Shown piece after piece: positions 38,911 through 48,371 of a DNA stretch of 62,682 bases. Source of the stretch: a bacterium (GTDB lineage: Bacteria > Patescibacteriota > Microgenomatia > UBA1400 > UBA12108); assembly GCA_021788365.1 (NCBI GenBank), contig JAJYKS010000006.1, forward strand, positions 1-62,682. Reading direction: 5' to 3'. Both the position numbers and the translations under genes were made by a program. Numbering within the stretch: the first letter of the stretch is position 1; each line of letters begins with the position of its first letter. The notes below the pieces were generated by a model. That model was given only the letters and a program-made list of their open reading frames with translations, made no database searches and had not been told where the DNA came from.

Positions 38911-39906
38911 TTAGGCGTGTGTTTCCGGGATATCATTCTCCAAAAGCACCAGTGGCTCTTTGCGCAGTTTGAGCGCGGCAACCGCTCCCATAAAGTCTAG
39001 TGTTTTTGCAATAGTGATAGTTCGTACACCAGACGCGCCGGCGGTAAGCGCGCGCGTTTGTTCGGTATCACCTACCAGTATGAGGACGTCAGCATTGCCA
39101 TTCACCAATTTACCCAGTTTTTGGTGCACCGGCGCGGTCTCTCGCCCCAGTTCGAGTAGTCCTGGGGTAACAAGTATTCGCGTATATTTTTTCTGCCGCC
39201 CCAGGTACTGCACCGCTTCGACAAAGCTTTTCTCGTTACTGTTGTAGCTATCATCTATTACTTTCATCCCATACCGTGCCTCCGTCATCTCAAAGCGGTT
39301 TGGCACGGAACGAATATGTTGTTCGGCAGCTGCTATTTCCCGCTCGCTCATCCCACACGCCCGAGCAATCGCTCGGGCACCATTTTGGTTTACCTCCCCG
39401 CGGCTACCACCGGTATACCAGATAGATTCATGCACATGCGCGCGCACGGTCTCGTCACACCCATTGGCAATGAGAGTCCCACCATGACCATGTATATACT
39501 CCGCAATTTCGGTCTTTGCCCGGATAATATTTTCCCAGCTGCCAAAACGGGTGAGGTGCTGTCTGGCTATGCCGGTCATGACACCAACGTCCGGATGTAA
39601 GATGCGGCAAAACCACGCAATCTCACCCACGTGGTATGCACCTACTTCGAGTATGAGGAGCTCAGTAGTGGGGGCTACTTCATATCGAAGTGTCTTGGCG
39701 ATGCCAACGGGTGTGTTGTAGTTACCGCTCGTCTCGACAGTCCGGTACTTATGGCGGGTGAGATCATACGCCAGTTCCTTAACAGATGTTTTTCCGTATG
39801 AACCGGTTACAACGACCACCTTGCCTCCACGCCCGTGAAAGCGCCGTACTTCTCGAGCAATCCACTGACCGTAAAGCCAGTCACGTATACTTCTCAAAAA
39901 GTCCAT
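38911..39906 (-). CDS. murF: Mur ligase, MurF-like (short)
   Basis: VTGSYGKTS.KE, GNYNTPVG, DDSYNSN. Confidence 0.85.
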   Translation of the reverse strand: MDFLRSIRDWLYGQWIAREVRRFHGRGGKVVVVTGSYGKTSVKELAYDLTRHKYRTVETSGNYNTPVGIAKTLRYEVAPTTELLILEVGAYHVGEIAWFCRILHPDVGVMTGIARQHLTRFGSWENIIRAKTEIAEYIHGHGGTLIANGCDETVRAHVHESIWYTGGSRGEVNQNGARAIARACGMSEREIAAAEQHIRSVPNRFEMTEARYGMKVIDDSYNSNEKSFVEAVQYLGRQKKYTRILVTPGLLELGRETAPVHQKLGKLVNGNADVLILVGDTEQTRALTAGASGVRTITIAKTLDFMGAVAALKLRKEPLVLLENDIPETHA

Positions 39907-40631
39907 ATTTCCTCCAAAATCCGCATGAGCTTCTCAGCGTGTGACAACTGTGGATCGTGTCCCGCACCCCACACCACACGTATACGCACGTCTGGAATAA
40001 GCCGCTTGTATACATCGGTCTGTTCGAGGGGGAGAAGTGGATCTTTTTCTCCCCAGATTACATACGTCGGGCAAAGAATTCGAGACAAGTAAGGTGTAAG
40101 CTCGGTTTTCACAATTGCCCGATACAATGTGCGCAGTTCGGGTGAACTACGATAGTCCTCATCCATGATTCCCCCAACAACCCGAGCTCGTATAGAAGGT
40201 GGCACCCATCGGAAAAGAGCCGCAGCAGTCCTCAGGAAAGTTCGGCGGATAGATCGCGGCTTCACCCCCGCTGGATCCACCAGAACGAGTGCCTCAAATA
40301 CCTCCGGTCGGGTTGCCGCAAGCACAATACCCACACGTCCGCCCAAGGAGTGACCAACCAAACTAATTTTCTTAAGCTTCATATAGGTAAGCCATTGGAA
40401 AAAACGTTCAGTGTACTCCGTAATATCAGAAACGATGGGGATAGGCGAACCACCAAACCCTGGCAGATCGACTGTATACACTGGTCTGCCGGTTGCGATG
40501 TGCAGCCCCTGGGCAAAAGGAACCCACTCGCTACCACTGCGGCCCCAACCATGAAGAAAGACTATCGGGACTCCTTTGCCAGGAGTTACCGTATAGCTCC
40601 ATACCTGCCCCGAAACCGCCACTTGCCGCAT
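39894..40631 (-). CDS. Alpha/beta hydrolase
   Basis: FLHGWG, DLPGFG, GHSLGG, WGEKD; ATG 40631 is 6 nt after TATAAT. Confidence 0.92.
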   Translation of the reverse strand: MRQVAVSGQVWSYTVTPGKGVPIVFLHGWGRSGSEWVPFAQGLHIATGRPVYTVDLPGFGGSPIPIVSDITEYTERFFQWLTYMKLKKISLVGHSLGGRVGIVLAATRPEVFEALVLVDPAGVKPRSIRRTFLRTAAALFRWVPPSIRARVVGGIMDEDYRSSPELRTLYRAIVKTELTPYLSRILCPTYVIWGEKDPLLPLEQTDVYKRLIPDVRIRVVWGAGHDPQLSHAEKLMRILEEIWTF

Positions 40632-40650
40632 AGTGTGATTATATCCCTGT

Positions 40651-40700
40651 CTATCTATCAATATCTATCAATATTTGACAACATCTACCAATATCTTCTA
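40651..40700. repeat. Five degenerate 10-bp direct repeats overlapping divergent promoters
   Basis: CTATCTATCA ATATCTATCA ATATTTGACA ACATCTACCA ATATCTTCTA. Confidence 0.75.
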
Positions 40701-40710
40701 AAGTTGTTGC

Positions 40711-40965
40711 ATGGCAGATATTCACTCTCTTAAACAATCGTTGGCGCTCGCCGAGGCAGAGGCGCGGCTCCTTCCTCGGAGGCGTGCCATTCTCGAGACT
40801 ATCCGTGAGCAAGACACTGTTAGTTTCGATTATCTCTCACGTAACTTCGTCGGCACACCAAGTTCCACACTGCACTACGAGCTTGCAGCGCTCCAAAAAC
40901 TAGGACTGGTGAGAAAGCTGGGTGAGACCCGTGGTGCACTTTATGCTTCGTCGTTCCCCGAGTGA
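40711..40965 (+). CDS. Small winged-helix DNA-binding protein
   Basis: RRRAILETIRE...TLHYEL..LQKLGLVRKLG.TRG.LY wHTH pattern. Confidence 0.75.
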   Translation: MADIHSLKQSLALAEAEARLLPRRRAILETIREQDTVSFDYLSRNFVGTPSSTLHYELAALQKLGLVRKLGETRGALYASSFPE

Positions 40966-41903
40966 TATTTTTCGTGCACACTCTTTAGCTGTGGGTTCGT
41001 CACATGGGTGTATATCTGGGTAGTGGCAATATTCTTGTGCCCGAGCATCTCCTGCACCTCCCGAAGTCCCGCCCCGTGAGACAAAAGATCTGTCGCAAAC
41101 GAGTGCCGCAGTACATGGGGCGTTATCGCAATGGGAATATTCGCCAGTCGCCCATACTTGCCGATAATCCGCTGTACCGAGCGGGTGGTCAGGCGCAACT
41201 TTTCTCCAGCCTTAGGGTCATCAATGGCGGGTTTTTCGCGGGCATGGCGTATAAAGACGGGTGCATAGTGGTCATTCCGTTCTCGCAAGTACCGTTCAAC
41301 CCACCCAGCCGCACGTACCGAGAGAAAGACGACACGCACCTTTCGCCCCTTGCCAACAACCGCAAATTCCCGTGTCTCCAAGTTAATTGTCGACTTATTC
41401 AAAGAACAAAGTTCCGATACTCGCAGGCCTGTAGAAAAGAGTGTCTCCATGATAGCGCGGTCACGCAACCCGCGGATAGTCTCCAGATTGGCTGACTCTA
41501 TCATTCGTTCAACTGACTCGTAGTCGAGGAACTTGAGCGAGTGTTCTTTGCCCTTTGGTAGCTCCAAGCGCTCTGGAGATACGACCTCGTAATCCTGGCG
41601 GATAAGATAGCGCAGCATAGAACGAAGTGCTATTACATAATAACCCTGGGTGACCGGTGAAAGATATCGGCCGTCCTTATCCTGCATACGGGCAAGGTAC
41701 AACCGATACGTTTTAAGTATTTTTGTCGATAGATCGGCCAAACTCACATCAGAATAGTGCTTATCTAGCCACACAGCAAACTTTCGCAAGTAAAATCGAT
41801 AGTTGCGCACGGTAAATACCGACACTTGTCGTTCAATAGTGAGATACTCGAGGAACTCTTCGATCGCGTCCTCTAACGTAGGAGTAAGGTGGTTAGCACT
41901 CAT
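40941..41903 (-). CDS. Tyrosine recombinase, XerC/XerD family
   Basis: LFSTGLRVSEL, GKG.K.R, HVLRHSFAT.LL, LGH.NI.TTQIY. Confidence 0.95.
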   Translation of the reverse strand: MSANHLTPTLEDAIEEFLEYLTIERQVSVFTVRNYRFYLRKFAVWLDKHYSDVSLADLSTKILKTYRLYLARMQDKDGRYLSPVTQGYYVIALRSMLRYLIRQDYEVVSPERLELPKGKEHSLKFLDYESVERMIESANLETIRGLRDRAIMETLFSTGLRVSELCSLNKSTINLETREFAVVGKGRKVRVVFLSVRAAGWVERYLRERNDHYAPVFIRHAREKPAIDDPKAGEKLRLTTRSVQRIIGKYGRLANIPIAITPHVLRHSFATDLLSHGAGLREVQEMLGHKNIATTQIYTHVTNPQLKSVHEKYHSGNDEA

Positions 41904-42126
41904 AGTATTTCGACTGCCAAACAAGCGGAATAAATTTTGGGAAGGATATATCGCGCAAATTTCAACATACACACCCACCGCACATACCGAGTGTGGTACC
42001 ACAAACCCTATAGTGGTATTTGCTCGTATCCTATAGTCAGAGGGTGGAGGGAGAGAATTTGACTAAGGGACCCACCTTCATTGTGCGACATTGTTGGTGG
42101 CTTGTCAATCACGATATACTAAACGA

Positions 42127-42600
42127 ATGAAGCTGTACAGATATAGTCCAATCCACTCTCAAGAGTCGCTCGGAAAAGCAGTTGGCTATGTCGCAGAAAA
42201 ATCCCAGGAGCTATGTGCAAAACTTACCGCAGAGCATCTCGAGTTTAGTGGTGTTTTGACAATCTGTAGTCACTATTACGAAGAATATGATGTGCTAGCC
42301 AATATCCTGACAGAGATGGGAACTTTCGACAAAGAACACAACGGGCCACGTGTCGTACTCCACAAGCCGTTCAAAACGCCGTACGGGCAGATAGCTCGAC
42401 TTCGCATCCGTCATCCGGACCCGTACCGATACCAAGTAGGCGCCGGAGACTTCCGTGTCGCGGACTATGAACAATTCAAGCAAGCTCATCTAACAGACGA
42501 CAATCCTTACATCCGGGAGATTATTCGCCCCGATCTCACCATGCTCGAATTTTGGCATCCTGACTATGACATCGTAGGGTATATTGTAAAAAAGAAGTAA
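42127..42600 (+). CDS. Hypothetical protein (possibly VOC/YecM-like)
   Basis: ORF; ATG 42127 is 6 nt after TATACT; fold guess is weak. Confidence 0.7.
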   Translation: MKLYRYSPIHSQESLGKAVGYVAEKSQELCAKLTAEHLEFSGVLTICSHYYEEYDVLANILTEMGTFDKEHNGPRVVLHKPFKTPYGQIARLRIRHPDPYRYQVGAGDFRVADYEQFKQAHLTDDNPYIREIIRPDLTMLEFWHPDYDIVGYIVKKK

Positions 42601-42605
42601 AACGT

Positions 42606-43187
42606 ATGATCACGCCGCAACTAATTTCCCAGATTACAGATCTGGCAAAAGGGGAAATAACAAAATACAATGCACCGAGTCCCACCCACTTTGAGATGTC
42701 TCTCAAAAAAGGCAAGGAATTCGCCAAAAAGCTAAAAGCCAGACAAGATCTGGTAACGCTTGGCATCTGCCTCATGGACGTTAAGCTTGGCGAAGCGATG
42801 CACGCCGGAAAAATTACCGAACACGTCGCTATGTCCCTCGCATACACAAAAGAAATTCTGGAGCCGTCCCACGAGCTTACCGAGCAAGAGAAAGCTATCA
42901 TCTATAATGCCGTCGAGTCCCACCACGGTGCCGTCCCGCACACCAGCCTCGAATCCGAAATAGTGACAAACGCCGATTGCTACCGATTCATCCATCCCAC
43001 GGGCGTCACCGAATTTATACGAATGCTGTCAAAGCGCGAGCTCGATAGTGTCGTGGCAATCGTAGAAGCAGCCGAAGCCAAGCTGGACGAGAAATGGACA
43101 CTCGTAACACTGCCCGCAGTCAAAGCTGAGTTAGAGCCATACTACCGTGACTACAAAAAACTTTTTGCTATCGTCAAAAAGGGTTAA
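42606..43187 (+). CDS. HD-domain-like protein (HD dyad apparently degenerate)
   Basis: H..MS, LMDVK, ESHHG, IVTNADC layout of the HD fold. Confidence 0.65.
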   Translation: MITPQLISQITDLAKGEITKYNAPSPTHFEMSLKKGKEFAKKLKARQDLVTLGICLMDVKLGEAMHAGKITEHVAMSLAYTKEILEPSHELTEQEKAIIYNAVESHHGAVPHTSLESEIVTNADCYRFIHPTGVTEFIRMLSKRELDSVVAIVEAAEAKLDEKWTLVTLPAVKAELEPYYRDYKKLFAIVKKG

Positions 43188-43390
43188 GTCGCCTGTTTTC
43201 TCCACATACTACCAGAGGTAGAGACCGTAGAATCGCGTCTACGGCTAGTCGCCAGATACGCACGATTAGTTATATAGCCAAAATAGTGATTTTTCTACGG
43301 GTAAAGTTCGGAAATGGTCAAATCGACAGGCATGTAAAAGTGGGGGACAATTAAAAACGAAAAGTCGACGCAAAACAATTTCTTGCTATT

Positions 43391-43418
43391 TTGAAAATTG
43401 AAAATTGGAATTTGAAAA
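43391..43418 (+). repeat. Heptamer tandem array TTGAAAA-type x4
   Basis: TTGAAAA TTGAAAA TTGGAAT TTGAAAA. Confidence 0.7.
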
Positions 43419-43658
43419 TTTTTCAGCCCCCTCCCGATTATTGGCAATATGTCATAAAAGATATATTGTGCGACATATTATATATATGCTTCCCCACAGT
43501 CACATATCCATAAAACGGGGGAACGGCCAGAATGGACCAAATCCACACTCTACTCCATATACCATCAAATCCGTACTACACCCTTATATTTATTGGCGAT
43601 ACACCCAGAGTCGCGTGTACCCGCCAACGCTTCCAACCCTACGTGGCAATCTGCCATA

Positions 43659-43735
43659 CCAGATGTGACCTCTGGAAGTATGTCCCTGCTACACAGGATT
43701 AGCCCTAGTTCGTGAGCCCCAGATGTAACATCTGG
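43659..43735. repeat. Two 17-bp palindromes 60 bp apart
   Basis: CCAGATGTGACCTCTGG (43659-75) and CCAGATGTAACATCTGG (43719-35). Confidence 0.7.
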
Positions 43736-43938
43736 TGCTATCACTCGCCCGTCGAGATTTGCCAAAGCCAAATAATACGAACTATATCAACAGGATCACA
43801 CACCATTCGCAAAGATTGGGTACTTTTTTTCCACAATCGTGAAAAATTATAGGACTATTCGTGAAAACGTCGCAATTTATTATAGGTTATATAAAACTAT
43901 GGGACTACTCCCCTGCCCCTTTGCGTACAAGTAGTGGT

Positions 43939-44751
43939 TTACCCCATCCACCGCATAAAGACCGCGCCGGTCACAACCAAGAATACAATTGCAGCAAAGC
44001 CCACATATTCCTGTATTGTCCTGGGGAATAAACGCTCCTCGACATCATGCTGGAATATACCTAGGATTACGTACATCGCCATGGACAGCATCACGCTCGC
44101 CATCGGTATATCAATGAGCCAAAAAGACAGCGCCGTTGCTATCTCGGTAATAATGATGGCTCCTACCGTTGCATATCCCGTCTCCCGCTTGATACTACCC
44201 GTGAGACTATACGACCACACACCCTGCAACACTAGAGGAAATGTCGCTAAAAATACAAGTGGGGTAACGATACCAACAGACACGCGTAGCGAAAAAATGA
44301 CGTGGTAGAGAAACGCCGCCGACAACACGGTAAGAAGGAAGCCCACTGCCCGAGCCGCACGCAGCAGTTGAATAGTGCGAATGGAGGCAACGGCAAAAAT
44401 ATTAGCGGTAAGAAGTAGGCCGTACATCGAGATTGCAAAAAGCAGCGTCACAATCCATCGAGTAACCGACTCTGCGGGTAGCAGGAAATAAAAAAGTGCG
44501 ACCGATACGGGATAAAATGTCGGCAAAATCATGTTCGTAAGCCAAGCAGAACCACGAAGCTCAGAGAGGAGACTCCACGCAGTAAGAAAATAAGACGCAA
44601 CGGCAAAACCAATGATCGCGCCGTAGCGTTCTTCAATAGGCAGCCGCTGAATAACAACAAGACCGAGAGAGAGTAATAAAGAAACAAGCACAAACTTCCG
44701 TCGCTTGGTGAGAATAGGTCGTTTCTCAACCCGCCTAGGCCATGTTGGCAT
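43939..44751 (-). CDS. Multi-pass membrane protein of unknown function
   Basis: About 8 TM segments; ATG 44751 after AGGAGG, overlapping the yebC stop. Confidence 0.85.
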   Translation of the reverse strand: MPTWPRRVEKRPILTKRRKFVLVSLLLSLGLVVIQRLPIEERYGAIIGFAVASYFLTAWSLLSELRGSAWLTNMILPTFYPVSVALFYFLLPAESVTRWIVTLLFAISMYGLLLTANIFAVASIRTIQLLRAARAVGFLLTVLSAAFLYHVIFSLRVSVGIVTPLVFLATFPLVLQGVWSYSLTGSIKRETGYATVGAIIITEIATALSFWLIDIPMASVMLSMAMYVILGIFQHDVEERLFPRTIQEYVGFAAIVFLVVTGAVFMRWMG

Positions 44752-45448
44752 AGACCTCCTGCACGTCATCGTAATCTGACAGAGCCTCAAGAAAAGCAAT
44801 GGTCGTGTCTGGATTGCTCGCACTAGCAGTCACCTTAGGACGATATCCCAGACTACCCTCCACACCATCGACACCCGCCGAGGTGAGGTACGAGACAACA
44901 TCGTGCACCCTATCAGGAACGGTATAAACCGTACCTCCGCCTTCTTCGTCGGGGACAACATCGGTCATACCCAGATCAATAAGTGCAAGCTGGATATCTT
45001 CACTCAGCGCACCATTATATGGAACTATACCGCACGCCTCAAATTGGTACATAACGCTCCCCGGCTCTCCCATGCGCCCACCGTGCTTCTCAAAAAGATT
45101 CCTAAGTTCAGACACACTACGGTTGCGACTATCGGTAACAATCGTGGCGACAACCGAAACTCCACCAGGAGCAAATCCCTCAATGACAAGCTCCGCAAGA
45201 TCTGCGCCCGCCCCTTTATCCATCCCACGCTCAATGGCACGTTGAATGTTTTCCTTTGGCATGGAAACAGCTCTAGCTTTATCGACAGCCAGACGCAAAG
45301 AAAAATTCATATCTGGATCACCAACTCCGCCACCTTTTTTGACGGCAATCGCAATGGCATTAGCCATCTTGGTAAACACGCCACTGCGGACTGCGTCGTT
45401 TGCCGCCTTCTTATGCTTTATGGTGCTCCACTTACTGTGCCCCGACAT
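44735..45448 (-). CDS. yebC: YebC/PmpR family protein
   Basis: MSGHSKWSTIKHKK, MPKENI.RAI, DDVQEVY.N. Confidence 0.98.
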   Translation of the reverse strand: MSGHSKWSTIKHKKAANDAVRSGVFTKMANAIAIAVKKGGGVGDPDMNFSLRLAVDKARAVSMPKENIQRAIERGMDKGAGADLAELVIEGFAPGGVSVVATIVTDSRNRSVSELRNLFEKHGGRMGEPGSVMYQFEACGIVPYNGALSEDIQLALIDLGMTDVVPDEEGGGTVYTVPDRVHDVVSYLTSAGVDGVEGSLGYRPKVTASASNPDTTIAFLEALSDYDDVQEVYANMA

Positions 45449-45471
45449 ACCTTCATTTTACATCAATCTCT

Positions 45472-45587
45472 ATCCGGAAGTCATATTTACAAAGAAAAAT
45501 ATTGCGCAGGATTGATCCGAGCACAAGATCGCTGCGACACCAGTCGCAGATAGATCGGTTTTTCACTTGGAAATATGACTTCCGGAT
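45472..45587. repeat. Structured dispersed element, copy 1 (terminal inverted repeats, three-way junction)
   Basis: 21-bp TIR (20/21 match); 103-nt core 95/103 identical to 51116-51218. Confidence 0.9.
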
Positions 45588-45640
45588 TTCTGCAATCCCA
45601 TTGACAACTCACCCCTTACTCTCGATAATAATGCGAATAC

Positions 45641-46240
45641 ATGCGCGAACTACAAGAACAAGCCATCCGTGCCGCCTTAGGGGGCAATTGGGAACTCGCC
45701 ATCGAACTAAACGCCGAAATTTTAGCAGAGAATCCCGATGACATCCCCGCTCTCAATCGACTAGCAAGAGCGTATACGGAAATGGGACAAAAAGACGAAG
45801 CTAAGGTTATGTATCAACGGGTTCTTACCCTCGACAAATACAATCCCATTGCCACAAAAAATCTCAAAGTCCTTCCCCACCAAAAAAACGGGACTACACC
45901 TCAGGTGACCACTGATGAAGATTTTATTGAACAACCCGGTCTCACCAAAGCCGTAAGTTTGATAAAAGTCGCGAGCCGTGAAACACTACTCTGCCTGTCC
46001 TGTAAACAAAAGGTGACGTTTGCACCCCGCTCACGCCTAATCTCGGTAACAACCGACGACAAAGTCTACCTTGGCTCCCTCCCAGACGACCTCTCGCTCA
46101 AACTGACTAAATGCATAAAACGAGGTTATGCCTATGCGGCATGTGTAAAAAATACCACTGACAGCGCCATTTCTATTTTTATCCGTGAGACAAAGCGGCC
46201 TCAACGTGCTGGCTACGCGCCTTCATTTATCACTCGCTAA
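45641..46240 (+). CDS. TPR-repeat protein
   Basis: A..GNWELA..N..IL...P.DI.ALNRLARAY; TTGACA-17-GATAAT upstream. Confidence 0.85.
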   Translation: MRELQEQAIRAALGGNWELAIELNAEILAENPDDIPALNRLARAYTEMGQKDEAKVMYQRVLTLDKYNPIATKNLKVLPHQKNGTTPQVTTDEDFIEQPGLTKAVSLIKVASRETLLCLSCKQKVTFAPRSRLISVTTDDKVYLGSLPDDLSLKLTKCIKRGYAYAACVKNTTDSAISIFIRETKRPQRAGYAPSFITR

Positions 46241-47190
46241 AACAAGTCTTGTGCGTCTGTCCCGACTGTAACGACTATTTGCGCCCGATACTGGTCGGTC
46301 GAACCTATTCTAACGTTGGTAAATCCAAACAACGATTTCATAATAACAAGTATCGAGTCGATTTCCCTGGTATGTGACGATATAGTGACGACGGTGCTCG
46401 TCGCGTCGAGAGTACCCGAGCGTACTGCGACAACATCGAGACCTATGTTGGTAAGGAAATCAGCCACATCATTACCCAATCCATTTAGGCCACTGTCGTT
46501 GACAACAGCAACAGTCACCCCCTCGCTCCCCACGCCCCAATCGAACAATCGAGTTCCAACATATTGTTGTAAACGCTCGGGGTGGTACAAATAATCTGCT
46601 CCACGCTGCTCAAAAACCCCTGCACGTACGAGATCATCCACCGTCGCCACTTTCCAGAGATAGCTATAGGCACGGGTAAGAAGAACAGCACTATCTAGTC
46701 TAGAGAGGTTTGTTTTCTTCTGCAAAAATGCATTCCATAAACCACGCTGCAGGTCACTCGCGGTGGTTTCAGCAACACCGGTCACGAGGTAACCCGGTAT
46801 CGGCACTTTCATAAATCCCTGCACTTTACGTCGGGTAAACTCTCCCCCACTCCCTCCACCGTACGAACCCAATGAATAGAGTGCCCCCATCCGATACTCA
46901 CCAACAGATCGAGAACGGATAGACAGATTTGACGGAAACGGAAGCACAAAAACACGACGAAGCACTGGGTCAAACGAAAGAAAGTCCACCTGGCCACCAG
47001 CTCCCACCTCGATCATGTTGAAGCGATGCGGGTTGCCAAACACGAGTGACCGTCGCGCCTCCTGATATACCCATCCAGCAAGACACATAAAAAGGAGTAA
47101 AACTCCGGCAACGAAGCCATAGGTTATACGCGGATCACGCGGGATCTGCACCCGCTCACGCCGCTCACGTCTACCACCCCGTCCCATCAT
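46237..47190 (-). CDS. Membrane-anchored protein with LytR C-terminal domain
   Basis: VAVVNDSG..GLGN.VA..L...G, IVVTVG.D. Confidence 0.8.
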   Translation of the reverse strand: MMGRGGRRERRERVQIPRDPRITYGFVAGVLLLFMCLAGWVYQEARRSLVFGNPHRFNMIEVGAGGQVDFLSFDPVLRRVFVLPFPSNLSIRSRSVGEYRMGALYSLGSYGGGSGGEFTRRKVQGFMKVPIPGYLVTGVAETTASDLQRGLWNAFLQKKTNLSRLDSAVLLTRAYSYLWKVATVDDLVRAGVFEQRGADYLYHPERLQQYVGTRLFDWGVGSEGVTVAVVNDSGLNGLGNDVADFLTNIGLDVVAVRSGTLDATSTVVTISSHTREIDSILVIMKSLFGFTNVRIGSTDQYRAQIVVTVGTDAQDLF

Positions 47191-47237
47191 CCTTCCATGC
47201 TACCACGTAGAGAGCGTATGGCGTACAATGAGTGGCC

Positions 47238-48371
47238 ATGTTGACACTAGACCAATTTCAGTACGATCTACCCACAAAGTGTATTGCCCAAGAACCCGCA
47301 CATCCGAGGGATCATGCCCGACTCATGCTTATACACCGACAAGAGGGTACCATTTCTCACCACCACGTTTATGACTTACCCTCACTGCTACCAAGCGGCT
47401 ACGACATAGTCGCCAACAATACCAAGGTTTTCCCTGCCCGTTTGCGCGGGACAAAAGCGACAGGTGGCCAGGTCGAAATACTCTTACTCGCTCCACTCGG
47501 CCACTCCCGCTACCACTGCCTGACCCGTCCGGGACTCAAAGTCGGTGACGTGGTCCAATTTGCAGCTACGGGAACTGTCCTTGAAAGGAATTCACGGCTG
47601 CAAGCCGAGAAGGGCTCGCCGGCAGACGAAAGGACAGTGCCCCAAGTATTATCCGGATCAATCACCCATCTTGAAAAAGATGGCATGGAACGCACGATCG
47701 CGTTTGACTGCAACGAGGGGGAATTAAAAGCAGCAATAGCCGAAGTCGGCACTATGCCGACACCACCATACATCAAGAAAATGGTAAAGAATCCCAACGA
47801 CTACCAGACTATTTACGCCAAATATGGTTTCTCCGCAGCAGCCCCCACCGCAGGCCTCCATTTCACCCCACAGCTATTGCAGAAACTAAAGCATGCCCAC
47901 CGCTGGGATGAGCTTACCTTAAATGTTGGGCTCGGCACTTTCCTTCCGGTAAAAACAGAGTATGTCACTGAGCACCCCATGCACAGCGAGTCATTTACCA
48001 TTTCTAGCTCTGCTGCTGCCGCCATGAATGCCTCACGCCGATCAGGTAATAGACGGCTAGTTGTAGGTACGACCACGCTCCGTGCCCTGGAATCTGCCGT
48101 CGACGAGTTGGGTAGTATTACACCTGTCAGTAAAAGCACCAAGATCTATATCTACCCACCCTATCGTTTTCGGGCGACCGATGCCTTGATGACAAATTTT
48201 CATCTTCCAGGGAGTACCCTCCTCATGCTCGTCTCTGCGTTCGTGAGCTACCCGCAGACGGATACCCACTTCACAAACTTCCACGATGCGCTGTTGGGGT
48301 ACGCCTACGCCGAAGCCGTGCGCCTGGGCTATCGCTTCTTCTCCTTTGGCGACGCCATGCTCATTCTGTAG
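47238..48371 (+). CDS. queA: S-adenosylmethionine:tRNA ribosyltransferase-isomerase QueA (with ~25-aa insertion)
   Basis: IAQEP, NNTKVFPARL, PPYI, YQTIYA, AAPTAGLHFT, FFSFGDAM. Confidence 0.98.
   Translation: MLTLDQFQYDLPTKCIAQEPAHPRDHARLMLIHRQEGTISHHHVYDLPSLLPSGYDIVANNTKVFPARLRGTKATGGQVEILLLAPLGHSRYHCLTRPGLKVGDVVQFAATGTVLERNSRLQAEKGSPADERTVPQVLSGSITHLEKDGMERTIAFDCNEGELKAAIAEVGTMPTPPYIKKMVKNPNDYQTIYAKYGFSAAAPTAGLHFTPQLLQKLKHAHRWDELTLNVGLGTFLPVKTEYVTEHPMHSESFTISSSAAAAMNASRRSGNRRLVVGTTTLRALESAVDELGSITPVSKSTKIYIYPPYRFRATDALMTNFHLPGSTLLMLVSAFVSYPQTDTHFTNFHDALLGYAYAEAVRLGYRFFSFGDAMLIL
47570..47642. repeat. Palindromic element inserted in frame in queA
   Basis: GGGAACTGTCCTT (47570-82)/AAGGACAGTGCCC (47630-42) 12/13 inverted repeat enclosing CGGCT-gca-AGCCG. 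Confidence 0.8.

Noticed and set aside
40941-41903. Prophage or island integrase
   Set aside because: Looks like a housekeeping XerC/D; no phage genes, att duplication or adjacent tRNA.
43310-43390. tmRNA-like 5' end (AAATGG..TCGACAGG) and tag-like GCAAAACAATTT
   Set aside because: No GGGG acceptor-like 5' stem, no tag ending in Ala-Ala-stop, and no TTCGA..CCA 3' end found.
43190-43930. Replication origin (TTCTCCACA, TTTTCCACA and other near-DnaA boxes in an AT-rich gap)
   Set aside because: The boxes are imperfect and scattered, there is no dnaA/dnaN nearby, and by eye the plus strand stays C-rich on both sides, so no skew switch.
44903-45553. 216-aa plus-strand ORF
   Set aside because: Antisense to yebC and runs into the structured repeat; shadow ORF, like most short antisense ORFs in the track.
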